Source: an uncultured Gemmatimonadales bacterium
GTDB taxonomy: Bacteria > Gemmatimonadota > Gemmatimonadetes > Gemmatimonadales > GWC2-71-9
Assembly (NCBI GenBank): GCA_963739455.1
Contig: CAVUAK010000003.1
Span: 128,001 to 192,000, forward strand
Direction of reading: 5' to 3'
DNA: 64,000 nucleotides
Made by a program: the position numbers and the translations under genes. The notes below the pieces were generated by a model that was given only the letters and a program-made list of their open reading frames with translations, did no database searches and was not told where the DNA came from. Positions 39,847 to 50,209 of this stretch are shown in pieces (within the stretch, counting starts at the first letter, position 1; each line of letters starts with the position of its first letter).

Positions 39847-40767
39847 ATGTCGCGTCCTGAAGCACCTGCTGCCCGAGCCCGGCTCGATCTCCTCGATCCG
39901 GTGGACGTCGCACGCCTTGGAGGGCTCGAACTGGTAAGTGAGGGGATCGTGGAGGGGTTCCTCAGCGGACTCCACCGGTCGCCGCGCCGCGGGTTTTCAG
40001 TGGAGTTCGCCGAGCACCGCATGTACCAGCCGGGCGATGAGTTGCGGTACGTCGACTGGAAGATGCTGGGCCGGAGTGACCGCCTCTATGTGAAGCAGTA
40101 CGAGGAGGAAACCAACCTCCGCGCCATGATCGTCTGTGATGCCAGCCGGTCGATGGCCTGGTCGGGCGCGCCCGATACCGTGCTGCCGAAGCTGGCCTAC
40201 GCACAGCGTCTCATTGCGTCACTTTCCCTCATCCTCCTGCGCCAGCGTGACGCCACGGGCCTGATCGTGTTCGACGATGAGGTGCGCCACGTCACGCCCC
40301 CCCGCGCGCGCGCCGCCCACTGGCGCCAGCTGCTCGCCACCCTCGCCGCCACGAAGGCCGGCCAGGGAACCGCCGCGGCACCGGCACTCAAGCGGGTGGT
40401 GGATACCCTGCGCCGCCGGGGACTCGTGGTGTTCGTGTCCGACTTGCTGCTCGACCGCGACCTGGCGCTCACCGCGCTGCGCTTCCTGCGGCATCGCGGG
40501 CATCAGGTGGTGGTGCTGCACCTCATGGACCCCGCCGAAGTGACGCTGTCGGGCCCCGCCGAGGCGCGCTTCGAGGATCCGGAGACCGGAACCTCCGTCG
40601 TGCTCCGCCCCCGTGACTGGGCCGAGGCGTACGATCGCACCGTCCGGGGGGCGGTGTCGGACTGGAATGCGGCCTGCCGGCGCAGCGGCATCAGCTATCA
40701 TCGCATCGTGACCGATACCCCGTTCGGTCATGCCCTGCGGGTCATATTGGCCAACTCGTCAGCATGA
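39847..40767 (+). CDS. DUF58 domain protein (MoxR-associated, VWA-like)
   Basis: G.HRSP.RGFSVEFAEHR.Y.PGD.LRYVDWK, VKQYEEETN, DASRSM, FVSDLL. Confidence 0.93.
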   Translation: MSRPEAPAARARLDLLDPVDVARLGGLELVSEGIVEGFLSGLHRSPRRGFSVEFAEHRMYQPGDELRYVDWKMLGRSDRLYVKQYEEETNLRAMIVCDASRSMAWSGAPDTVLPKLAYAQRLIASLSLILLRQRDATGLIVFDDEVRHVTPPRARAAHWRQLLATLAATKAGQGTAAAPALKRVVDTLRRRGLVVFVSDLLLDRDLALTALRFLRHRGHQVVVLHLMDPAEVTLSGPAEARFEDPETGTSVVLRPRDWAEAYDRTVRGAVSDWNAACRRSGISYHRIVTDTPFGHALRVILANSSA

Positions 40768-42545
40768 CCTTTCTCCATCCCTGGTTGCTCGCCGGCCTTC
40801 TTGCCGCCGGCGTGCCGCTGCTGCTGCACCTGGTGCAGCGGCGTGAGCCGCCCACCGTCGTCTTTCCCGCGGTGCGCTACCTGCTCGATGCCACGCGGGA
40901 GCACCAGCGCCGCCTCCGGATCCGTCACTGGCTGCTGCTCCTGCTGCGCACCCTGCTCGTGGTGGCGCTCGTCCTTGCGGCGGCAGGACCGAGCGTGCGT
41001 CGCACCGGGGTCACCGGGCACGCACCGAGCGCCCTGGTGCTGGTGCTCGACAACAGCCTGAGCAGTGCGGCGGTGGTGGGAGGAACGCCTCGCCTGGCAC
41101 AGCTTGTCCGTGCGGCCGACGGTGTCCTCGCGCGCGCCACGCCCGGGGATGCGGTCTGGCTGCTTCTCGCGGACGGTGCCGCGCGGCGCGGAGATCCCGC
41201 GACATTGCGGTCGGCGCTGCATGACTTGCAACCGTCCACCACGCGACTCGATCTCGGTCACGCCGTGCAGGCGGCTGATGAGGTGCTCGCCGGCGAGTCG
41301 CTCCCGGGAGAGATCGTCATCGTCACCGACCTGCAGGCCACGGCGCTGGGCGCTGCGGCGCCCCGTGTGCCGGTGACCGTGTCACGGCCTGAGGGAGCGA
41401 TACCGCCGAACATCGGCGTGGCGGAAGTTGTCGCTGGTGCGCAGCCGTGGTCGACCGATGGTGGCCAGGTCCAGGTGCAGGTTGTGGGCGACTCCGGTGC
41501 GCAGGCGCCGCTCTCGCTCACGGCTGGTGATCGCCCTGCTCGGCAGGCCCTGGCGACCGTCGGGGGCAGGACGCAGGTCGCGGTCCCTGGCGCGCCGGCC
41601 GGATGGTATGCACTCCGCGCGACGATCCAGGCCGACGAGCTTCGCCTCGATGACCAGCGCGTCCTGGGCTTGCGCATGGCGCCGCTCGCGCGCGCATCGT
41701 GTGCGCCGGCGGGGCGCTTTGCCGAGGCCGCCTGTGACGTGCTTCGCTCCAATGGCCGGCTCCTGCCGGGCGATGACATCGTGCTGGGCGGCTTTGGGGC
41801 CTCGGCATCGATCGTCGTACCGCCCGCTGATCCGGCGTCGCTCGGTGCAGTCAACCGTGAACTCGAGCGGCGCGGCGTCGCGTGGCATTTCGGTGATGCC
41901 GCCGCCGCGAGCGCCACCGACAGCAGCAGCATCCTCCCTCCCGCCCGCCTGTTCCGGCGGCTCCGCCTCCTGCCATCGGGGAGCGGGCGCACGGGCGTGC
42001 TGATGACAGCGGGTGGCGAGCCCTGGCTGGTGCGAAGCGGCTCGGTGCTTCTCATTGGGAGCCGTCTGGACACGGCCTGGACGGCACTGCCGTTTCAGGC
42101 GGAGTTCGTCCCCTTCATCGACGTGCTCCTCAACCGGCTCGCCAGGGGTGAGGTCGCCTCACTGGAGGTGGCCGCGGGAGCTGCTGGAACCGTACCGGAT
42201 CTTGTTTCGGCGGCGGTGAAAGGGTCGCAACAATGGCCGCTTGAAGGAGGAGGGCGTTTTGCGCCTCCCGATACCGGTCTTTACTTCCTCCTGCGGGGCA
42301 CCGACACGGTCGGCGCACTCGCGTCCAATCCCGATCCGCGTGAGTCCATGCTCCAGCAGGCAAGTGATGCGCAGGTCCGCGCGCTCTGGCGTGGCGCCAG
42401 CGTCGTTCCCCTCGACCAGGTAGCGTCGGCCGCCTTCTCCGCGGGCGCGCGGGGCGACCTGCGCGGCCCTCTGCTGTGGCTGGCACTGGTGCTCGCGCTC
42501 GCCGAAGTGGGACTCGCCAGCGTGTGGGGCAGGAGGCGGGCATGA
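40764..42545 (+). CDS. BatA + VWA domain membrane protein
   Basis: MTFLHPW.L.GL....PLLLHL (BatA), LDNSLS (MIDAS), VTDLQ, NPDPRES, C-terminal TM. Confidence 0.88.
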   Translation: MTFLHPWLLAGLLAAGVPLLLHLVQRREPPTVVFPAVRYLLDATREHQRRLRIRHWLLLLLRTLLVVALVLAAAGPSVRRTGVTGHAPSALVLVLDNSLSSAAVVGGTPRLAQLVRAADGVLARATPGDAVWLLLADGAARRGDPATLRSALHDLQPSTTRLDLGHAVQAADEVLAGESLPGEIVIVTDLQATALGAAAPRVPVTVSRPEGAIPPNIGVAEVVAGAQPWSTDGGQVQVQVVGDSGAQAPLSLTAGDRPARQALATVGGRTQVAVPGAPAGWYALRATIQADELRLDDQRVLGLRMAPLARASCAPAGRFAEAACDVLRSNGRLLPGDDIVLGGFGASASIVVPPADPASLGAVNRELERRGVAWHFGDAAAASATDSSSILPPARLFRRLRLLPSGSGRTGVLMTAGGEPWLVRSGSVLLIGSRLDTAWTALPFQAEFVPFIDVLLNRLARGEVASLEVAAGAAGTVPDLVSAAVKGSQQWPLEGGGRFAPPDTGLYFLLRGTDTVGALASNPDPRESMLQQASDAQVRALWRGASVVPLDQVASAAFSAGARGDLRGPLLWLALVLALAEVGLASVWGRRRA

Positions 42546-45500
42546 GCATTCCCCTGCTGCTCGACGCCTTCGAGCGGACGCCCGCGGCGCGGGACCTGAT
42601 GACGCGCCTGCCCGGTCGGGGTGCCGTGCTCGATATCGGCGGCCTGCCGGGGTCGAGTGGCGCCGTGCTCGCCGCTGCGATGGTGCGCTCGTCACCCCAG
42701 CGCGTCATGGCGGTCGTGGCGCCGACGCCCGCCGATGCGGAGCGATGGCTGACCGACCTGCAGTTCCTCTCCGACGAGCCGGTCGCGCTCTATCCGCAGC
42801 GCGAGGCACTGGGCGAGGACGAGCCGCACTACGAGATCGCGGGCGAGCGGGTCGAGACGATCGAGGCGCTCCTCGGCGGCCGGCTGCGCATCCTCATCAC
42901 GACGGCACGCGCCATCGCCGAGCGCACGCTCGTGCCAGCGTCGCTCGAGAAGCGCCGCATCCGGATCGCCAAGGGCACCCGCATCCGGCCCCAGGTGCTG
43001 GTGCAGGATCTCGAGGCGATGGGTTTCACGCGCGTCACCACCGTCACCGAAGTGGCGGAGTTCTCGTCGCGCGGCGGCATCGTGGATGTCTACGGCTTCG
43101 GCATGGCCTCGGCGACACGACTCGAGTGGTGGGACGACGAGGTCTCGTCGCTGCGCGCGTTCGACCTCACCACGCAGCGGTCCGGCGCGGAACTGGATGA
43201 GGTGACGGTGCTGCCGATCAAGGCAGTGGAGGTCGGAGAGTCGGGGAGGGCGGGGAAGGCGGGTACTGCGGGCGACGTGCGCCGGACGCTGCTCGACCTG
43301 CTGCCCTCGGACGCGCTCCTGTTGCTGGACACGCCGGGGCCCATCGACGACGAGATCGACCGCGCCTGGCGCGAGGCGGAGCATCACCTCGAGATCGCGC
43401 GCCGGCTGGGCGAGGACGTCCCGGAGCGCGAGGAGATCCTGGAGGCACCTGCGGCAGTGCGCGACGCGCATGCATGCGCTGCCACGCCTGCGCCTCGTGG
43501 CCGAGGGCGCGCAGCTGCAGTTCGGTTTCCTGCCGCCGGAGAAGATCGACCGCCAGGTGAATCGCCTGCGCGACCTGCTCCATCGCCCGCCTGATACCAT
43601 CATCCTCTGCGACAACGAGGGCCAGATCGAGCGGCTCGACGAGTTGCTCGAGGAGCGCGGAAACCTCCCGGCGCATGCGACGCTCGTGGTGGGCGCGCTC
43701 GACGGCGGCTTCCTGATGCCGGGCCTGCGGGTCCTCACCGACCACGAGATCTTCCGCCGCGCGCGCCGGCTGCGCCGCGCGCGGCGCTACCGCCAGGCGG
43801 CGCCCTCGGCGGCGACGGGCGCGCTGGTGAAGGGCGACTACGTGGTCCACCTCGACCACGGCATCGGCATCTATCGCGGTATCGAGACGATCACGGTGGG
43901 GTCGTCGACGATGGAAGTGGCGGTGGTGGAGTACGAGGGCGGCGACCGCCTCAACGTGCCGCTCTACCGGCTCGACCAGCTGGAGCGCTATCGCTCCGCC
44001 GAGGATGACGGCGACCGGCCGCCGCCGCGGATCCACGCCCTCGGTGGATCGCACTGGAAGAAGGTGCGGGAGAAGGCGCAGCTGGGCATCCGGCAGATGG
44101 CGGGTGAACTGCTCGATCTCTACGCGCGACGGAAGCTCGCCACCGGCTACGCCTTCCCGCCCGACACCCGCTGGCAGCGCGAGCTCGAGTCGAGCTTTCT
44201 CTACGAGGACACGCCCGACCAGCGGAAGGCGACCGAGGACATCAAGCGCGACCTCGAGCAGGCCCGGCCCATGGATCGCCTGCTGGTGGGCGACGTGGGC
44301 TACGGCAAGACCGAGATCGCGGTGCGCGCGGCGTTCAAGGCGGTGCAGGGCGGCAAGCAGGTGGCCGTGCTGGTGCCGACCACGATCCTCGCGGAGCAGC
44401 ACGGGCGCACCTTCACCGAGCGCCTGGCCGACTATCCGGTGAAGATCGAGGTGCTCTCGCGCTTCCGGACGGCGAAGGAGCAGAAGGCGGCGCTGGCGCG
44501 GCTGACGCTGGGCGAGATCGACATCATCATCGGCACGCACCGGCTGCTCTCGTCGGACGTGACCTTCAAGGACCTCGGCCTGCTCGTCGTCGACGAGGAG
44601 CACCGCTTCGGCGTGAAGCACAAGGAGCGGCTCAAGGCACTGCGCCTCGCCGTGGACGTGCTGACGCTCACCGCCACGCCGATTCCGCGCACGCTGCACC
44701 TCTCGCTGGCCGGCCTGCGCGACCTGACGCTCATCGAGACGCCGCCGCGCGACCGTTCGCCGATCCTCACCTTCGTGGAGCCGTGGGACGACGGCCTGCT
44801 GGAGGAGGCGATGGCCCGCGAGCTCGATCGCGGCGGCCAGGTCTTCTTCGTCCACAACCGGGTGGAGACGATCGAGACCATCGCGGCCCGCGTGCGGCAC
44901 CTGGCGCCGCGCGCCCGTGTCGGGGTGGCCCACGGCCAGATGGCCTCGACGCCGCTCGAGGACGTCATGCAGCGCTTCGTGTCGGGCGAGATCGACATCC
45001 TGGTGAGCACGATGATCGTCGAGTCGGGCCTGGACGTTCCCAACGCCAACACGATGATCGTGCACGATGCGCATCGCTTCGGCCTCGCCCAGCTCTACCA
45101 GTTGCGGGGCCGGGTCGGGCGCAGCCATCGCCGGGCGTACTGCTACCTCATCGTCCCCGACTCGATCGATGCCGACGCCGAAGAGCGGCTCAAGGTGCTG
45201 GAGCATCACACCGATCTCGGCGCAGGCTACCGGGTGGCCCTCAAGGACCTGGAGCTCCGCGGGGCGGGCAACATGCTGGGCGCGGAACAGTCCGGCCAGG
45301 CCCACGCCGTCGGGTTCGACCTGTACCTGCGATGGCTGGAGGAAACGGTGCAGGCGCTCCGGGGTCAGGGGGGCCGCGAAACCCAGCCACCACCCGAGGT
45401 GGTGCTCGATCGGCCGGCCCACCTGCCGGACTCGTTCGTGGGCGACGACGACACCAAGCTGGACCTCTACCGTAGACTGGCGCGAGCGGAGACGCCTGAC

Positions 45501-45821
45501 GAGATTGATGGGCTTCGCTCGGAACTTCGGGAACGCTTCGGTCCGCTTCCCGTGGAGTCCGAAACGCTGCTGGACATGGCACGGCTCAGGGTGCTCGGGG
45601 CCACGCTTGGAATCCAGCACATTCTCATCCGCGGCGACGAAGCCCGGGTGACATTCCGCGCCGGTGTGGCGCCGCGAATGGCGAAGCTGAGTACCGCGCT
45701 CGACGATGTGCAGCTGGTGGCCGAGGTGCGACGCACCGTGCCGCTGGCCCTGCGCCTCGAGCGCCTCGGGGGGGAAGCATTGATGCCCGCGCTGGTGCGG
45801 GCGCTGCGGGCCGTGGTCTGA
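42542..45821 (+). CDS. mfd: Transcription-repair coupling factor; frameshift near 43455-43470
   Basis: UvrB-like N-terminus (EFSSRGGIVDV); GDYVVH.DHGIG; MDRLLVGDVGYGKTE; VDEEHRFGV; TATPIPRTL; QLYQLRGRVGRS; DLELRGAG; TRCF C-terminus. Confidence 0.95.
43232..43276. repeat. Degenerate nonamer array (GCGGGGARG family) inside mfd
   Basis: Encodes VGESGRAGKAGTAGD; same unit as the ROK C-terminal array. Confidence 0.6.
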
Positions 45822-45859
45822 CACGGCGCGCCTTGACTCGAACACGAATCGGAGATGGC

Positions 45860-47299
45860 ATGCGGCGACTGTTGCTGGTGGTGTCGATGGTGGTACTCGC
45901 GGGCTGTAATCGCGACATGTTCAAGCCCTCGAGCACGGTGGCCGTGGCCGGCTCGGCCAAGCTGTCGCCGGAACGGCTCGCCGACTTCGTCCTCGAGGCG
46001 AAGGGTGCGCAGCTGAACAACGAGACCGCCGACTTCATCACGAATGTGTGGGTGGACTATTCGCTGTTTGCCCAGGCCGTGGCCAAGGGAGTGAACCTCT
46101 CGGACTCCGCCACCATCGCGGGTGCCATGTGGCCGCAGATCACCGAGCTCAAGGCCACCCTGTGGCACGACTCGCTGATGGCTCAGCGCATCAAGATCAC
46201 GCCCGAATCCGTGACGCAGGCCTACAATGCGGGCGATGTCCGGATCTTCCAGCACATCCTGGTGCGGTCGTCGGCGACGGCCACGCCCGAGGAGAAGGCG
46301 GCCGCGCGCAGGACGGCCCAGAAGGCCATCGCAACGGTGAAGGCCGGGACACCATTCGCCCAAGTGGCGTCGCAGGTGTCGCAGGACCCGGGCAGCGCCC
46401 GCGACGGCGGGTTCCTGCCGGCGGGTCCCAAGGGACGGTTTGTGCCGCAGTTCGACAGTGTGGCGTGGAACCTCGCGCCCGGCGAGATGACCGGGATCGT
46501 GGAGACGCCGTTCGGGATTCACGTCATTCGTCGCCCCCCGCTTTCCGAGGTGCAGGATCGCCTTGACGCATACCTGCGCCAGAGCGAAATGGGCGCGCTC
46601 GACTCGCTCTACATGGACAGCCTCGCGATCCACCGGAACCTGAAGATCGAGGCCGGGGCGCCCGCGCTCATGAAGGAAGCGATTGCGGACCCCGACAAGC
46701 AGAGCAAGTCCACCAAGTCGCTCGCCGTGTACGATGGCGGGAAGCTCACGGTGCAGGACTTCCTGCGCTGGGCGCGCGTGCTCCCGCCGCAGGTCACCGG
46801 GCAGCTGAAGACGGCACCAGACAGCATGCTGACGCGCTTTGCGCGGATCCTGTCCACCAACATCCTCTTGATCAACCAGGCCGATTCGGCCGGCATCAAG
46901 CCGTCGGCGGCGCAGTGGGCCGACATGGTGACGCAGTACAACCAGCAGCTTGACACCGTGAAGGCGCACATGGACCTGGCGCCTGCCGCCGATTCATCCG
47001 CCTCGCAGGCGGAGCGGCTCAAGGTGGCGGACGCGAAGGTCGATGCCTACATGGACCAGATCCTCGTCGGCACCAAGCGGTTCATCCCGCTGCCCTCGTC
47101 GCTGGCCATGGTGCTGCGCGAGCACAACAAGGTCGACCTCTCCGATGCCGGCGTGGCGAAGGCACTCGAGATCGGTCGCGCGCGGCGCGCGGCGAAGGAT
47201 TCCACCGCGGGCAAGGACTCGACGGCGCAAGCGCCAACCGGCATGCAGCCGGCGCCCGGTCCCGCGCCCGTCCCGGCAGCCCCCGCGCCGGGGAACTGA
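45860..47299 (+). CDS. PpiC-type peptidyl-prolyl isomerase lipoprotein
   Basis: Lipobox LAGC; HILV, SQDPGSA..GG.L, FVPQFD, VETPFGIHVI. Confidence 0.88.
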   Translation: MRRLLLVVSMVVLAGCNRDMFKPSSTVAVAGSAKLSPERLADFVLEAKGAQLNNETADFITNVWVDYSLFAQAVAKGVNLSDSATIAGAMWPQITELKATLWHDSLMAQRIKITPESVTQAYNAGDVRIFQHILVRSSATATPEEKAAARRTAQKAIATVKAGTPFAQVASQVSQDPGSARDGGFLPAGPKGRFVPQFDSVAWNLAPGEMTGIVETPFGIHVIRRPPLSEVQDRLDAYLRQSEMGALDSLYMDSLAIHRNLKIEAGAPALMKEAIADPDKQSKSTKSLAVYDGGKLTVQDFLRWARVLPPQVTGQLKTAPDSMLTRFARILSTNILLINQADSAGIKPSAAQWADMVTQYNQQLDTVKAHMDLAPAADSSASQAERLKVADAKVDAYMDQILVGTKRFIPLPSSLAMVLREHNKVDLSDAGVAKALEIGRARRAAKDSTAGKDSTAQAPTGMQPAPGPAPVPAAPAPGN

Positions 47300-47320
47300 C
47301 GCGGCAAGGGAGGCGTGACG

Positions 47321-48728
47321 ATGTACCGGAAGGTTGGGGCTGGACTTGCAGTGGCGGCGTGGCTCGCGGGTGCGAGCCACGCCGTGGCACAAGTAGACAG
47401 CACAAGCGACAGCACGAAAGTCACGGCGGAGGTGCAGTCCGACCTCGATGCGCAGGCCAGCGCCGACCTCTTTCGGCGCCCGGCCATGTCGGTCGACCGC
47501 ATCGTAGCCATCGTCGGCAAGCAGGCCATCATGCAGTCGCAGCTCGACGAGCAGTTCTTCCAGCTCGCTCGGCGGCATGCCGCCGGCTGCGGCGCCCAAG
47601 ACGGCGGCTGACACCGCCAGGATCCGCAAGCAGGTGCTGTCCGACCTGGTCGATGACGAGCTGCTGGTGCAGGAGGCGGTGCGCGACACGTCGATCAAGG
47701 TCACCGACAAGGAAGTGTTCGATGCCGTGGCTGCGGCGGTCAAGAACATCCGCGACCGCTATACCACGGAAATCGAGTTCACGACCCAGTTGCATGCCGC
47801 AGGGTTTTCCAGCCTGGACGAGTATCGCCGGTTCCTCGCCGAGCAGTCACGACGCGACATGCAGAAGGAACGGCTGAAGCAGCAGCTCAAGGACAAGGGC
47901 AAGCTCAAGCCGATCGCCCCCAGCGAGCAGGAAATGAAGGCGTTCTTCTCGGAGCAGCAGGGACAGTTCGGGAGCCGTCCGGCAACGGTCACGTTCCAGC
48001 AGGTCGTGGTGGCACCGCGGCCATCCGATGCCGCCAAGGCCCGGGCACTCGCGCTGGCCGACTCGATCCTGGCCGAGCTCCGCAAGGGGGCCGACTTCGC
48101 CGTGGCGGCGAAGCGGTTTTCCGCCGACCCCGGCTCACGTGAGCGCGGGGGCGAGCTCGGCTGGGCCCGGCGCGGCGTCTTCGTGCCCGAGTTCGATCGC
48201 GTCGCGTTCTCGCTCAAGATCGGGGTCATTTCGGAGCCGGTGGAGACGCCGTTCGGGTACCACCTCATCCAGGTGATGCGCACCCAGCCCGGCGAGATCC
48301 AGGTGCGGCACATCCTCATTGCGGCCGAGGTGACCGCGGCCGATGTCGACAGTGCGGCGGCGCATGCCCAGCAGGTGTACAGCGCGGCGCTGGCCGGGGC
48401 ATCGTTCGACTCGTTGCAGCGCGCGTGGCACGACGGCACCGAGGAGCGCGAGGCGTCTGCCGTGCCGCTCGACAAGCTCCCCGAGGTGTACAAGCGCGGC
48501 ATCCTCAAGACCGACAGCACGACGATCGTCCCGCCCTTTGCGCTCGAGTCCCCCGGTGGCGGGAAGAAGTACGCGGTCGTGCTGGTCACCGAGCGGCGCG
48601 CGGAGGGCGAGGTGACGTACCAGGACGTGCGCGATCGCGTGCGACAGATTCTCTCCGAGGATCTCGCGGTCCAGAAGTACGTCGCCCAGCTTCGTCGCGC
48701 CACATACGTCGAGGTGCGGGCGTCCTGA
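47321..48728 (+). CDS. surA: SurA-like chaperone/PPIase; frameshift near 47564
   Basis: VDRIVAIVG..AI..SQL (SurA N-terminus); FS.DPGS...GGELGW, VETPFGYHLI, VRHILI; directly upstream of pdxA. Confidence 0.82.
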
Positions 48729-49642
48729 TGCGCCGCCTCGCGGTGACCCTCGGCGATCCGCGCGGCATCGGTCCCGAGATCACCCGGGCGGCGCTGCAGC
48801 TGCCGCTGGACGCCACGGTAACCGTCGTCGGGCCCGACGACCTCATCGAAGACATTCCCGCAACACATCGAATCGGCGTCGGCACCTGGGCCCAGGGCAC
48901 CGGTGACCGGCCCGACCACGCGCGAACGCTGCGTGCTGGCCGCCTGGCGGGCCATGCGGTCGAGGCCGCCGTGCGCCTGGCGCAAGCCGGCGAAGTGGAC
49001 GCCATCGTCACGGCGCCGGCCAACAAGCACGCGCTCCACCTGGCCGGATTTCCGTACCCTGGCCACACCGAATGGCTGGCGCACCTCTGTGGCGACGTAC
49101 CGGTGGCGATGATGCTCGCCTCCGACCGCCTTCGGGTGGTGCTGGTCACGACGCATGTGGCCCTCCGCGACGTGCCGGCGCTGCTTACCAGCGAGCGCAT
49201 CGTGCGGGTGGCACGCACCACCGATCTTGCGCTTCGCGACTGGTGGGGCATCGCGGCGCCCCGGCTGGCGCTCTGCGCGCTCAACCCGCACGCCGGCGAG
49301 TCGGGGCTGTTCGGGGACGAGGAAATCCGTGTGCTGCGCCCGGCCGCCGAGACGGCGCACCTGGCGGGCCCGTTCCCGGCCGACACGGTCTTCGTGCGCG
49401 CAATGCGGGGTGAGTTCGACGCCGTGCTCGCACCCTACCACGATGTCGGCATGACGGCGATCAAGGTCGCGAGCTTCGGCGAGGCCGTGAACGTGACCCT
49501 GGGGTTGCCGTTTCCCCGGACCAGCCCTGATCACGGCACGGCGTTCGACATCGCGGGGAGAGGGACCGCCGATTCGACTTCCATGCGAAGGGCGGTTGAG
49601 CTGGCGGGCGTGTTGTCAAACAGCGTGAGGGGTGAGGGGTGA
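48728..49642 (+). CDS. pdxA: 4-hydroxythreonine-4-phosphate dehydrogenase
   Basis: GDPRGIGPEI, TAPANK, GHTE, LNPHAGE.G.FG.EE, PADT, YHD, RTSPDHGTAFDIAG. Confidence 0.95.
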   Translation: MRRLAVTLGDPRGIGPEITRAALQLPLDATVTVVGPDDLIEDIPATHRIGVGTWAQGTGDRPDHARTLRAGRLAGHAVEAAVRLAQAGEVDAIVTAPANKHALHLAGFPYPGHTEWLAHLCGDVPVAMMLASDRLRVVLVTTHVALRDVPALLTSERIVRVARTTDLALRDWWGIAAPRLALCALNPHAGESGLFGDEEIRVLRPAAETAHLAGPFPADTVFVRAMRGEFDAVLAPYHDVGMTAIKVASFGEAVNVTLGLPFPRTSPDHGTAFDIAGRGTADSTSMRRAVELAGVLSNSVRGEG

Positions 49643-49645
49643 GGG
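49625..49645. repeat. (GTGAGGG)x3, left arm
   Basis: Three perfect heptamers that contain the pdxA stop codon; reverse complement of the 50088-50209 unit. Confidence 0.9.
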
Positions 49646-49723
49646 GGCGATCCGTGCGCTAGAATGGCACTACGCCGAGCCATATGATGCGGTAGGGAGT
49701 GCGCGTATCCCTGAAGCTGTGGC

Positions 49724-50077
49724 ATGCGCGATCATCGATCTTTGGAAGCGTGGCAGGAGGCCCGCTCAACCGTTCTGGAGGTTGTGGCACTGTCGCAGGG
49801 CAGTTGGAAGCCGTGGGCAGCCGCGTTGTTCTCCCAGTTGCAGCGCTCGTCCCTATCTGTTCAGCTGAATCTTGCCGAAGGCTACGCATACGGCAGGACG
49901 CGCACTGCCTTGCGACACTGGCGCATCGCGTATGGATCCGCCATCGAGACGGGAGATCTGGTGCGACTCCTGGGGGACGCCTCGGTGATCGGTCAAGTTG
50001 AGTCGCGCGCAATGGCGCTGCGCAATGATCGCGTGCAGCGGCTTATCTGGGGACTCATTCGGTCGTTGCAGGAATAG
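49724..50077 (+). CDS. Four-helix-bundle protein (23S rRNA IVP / TIGR02436-like, Avd-like fold)
   Basis: MRDHRSLEAWQEA, SQLQRSSLSVQLNLAEG, IAYGSAIET; 117 aa, matching the family pattern (L..WQ.A / Q..R...S...N.AEG / IA.GS..E). Confidence 0.88.
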   Translation: MRDHRSLEAWQEARSTVLEVVALSQGSWKPWAAALFSQLQRSSLSVQLNLAEGYAYGRTRTALRHWRIAYGSAIETGDLVRLLGDASVIGQVESRAMALRNDRVQRLIWGLIRSLQE

Positions 50078-50087
50078 GCCACATTCG

Positions 50088-50209
50088 CCTCACCCCTCAC
50101 CCCTCACCCCTCACCCCTCACCCCTCACCCCTCACCCCTCACCCCTCACCCCTCACCCCTCACCCCTCACCCCTCACCCCTCACCCCTCACCCCTCACCC
50201 CTCACCCCT
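50088..50209. repeat. (CCTCACC)x17 plus a partial copy, right arm
   Basis: 17 perfect heptamer copies (50088-50206) running into the hisG stop. Confidence 0.97.

Noticed and set aside
49724..50077. Diversity-generating retroelement (Avd) or 23S rRNA intervening sequence
   Set aside because: No reverse transcriptase, TR/VR pair or rRNA gene is visible in the window; only the fold family is shared.
50088..50209. CRISPR array
   Set aside because: The repeats are contiguous 7-mers with no spacers, and there are no cas genes in the window.
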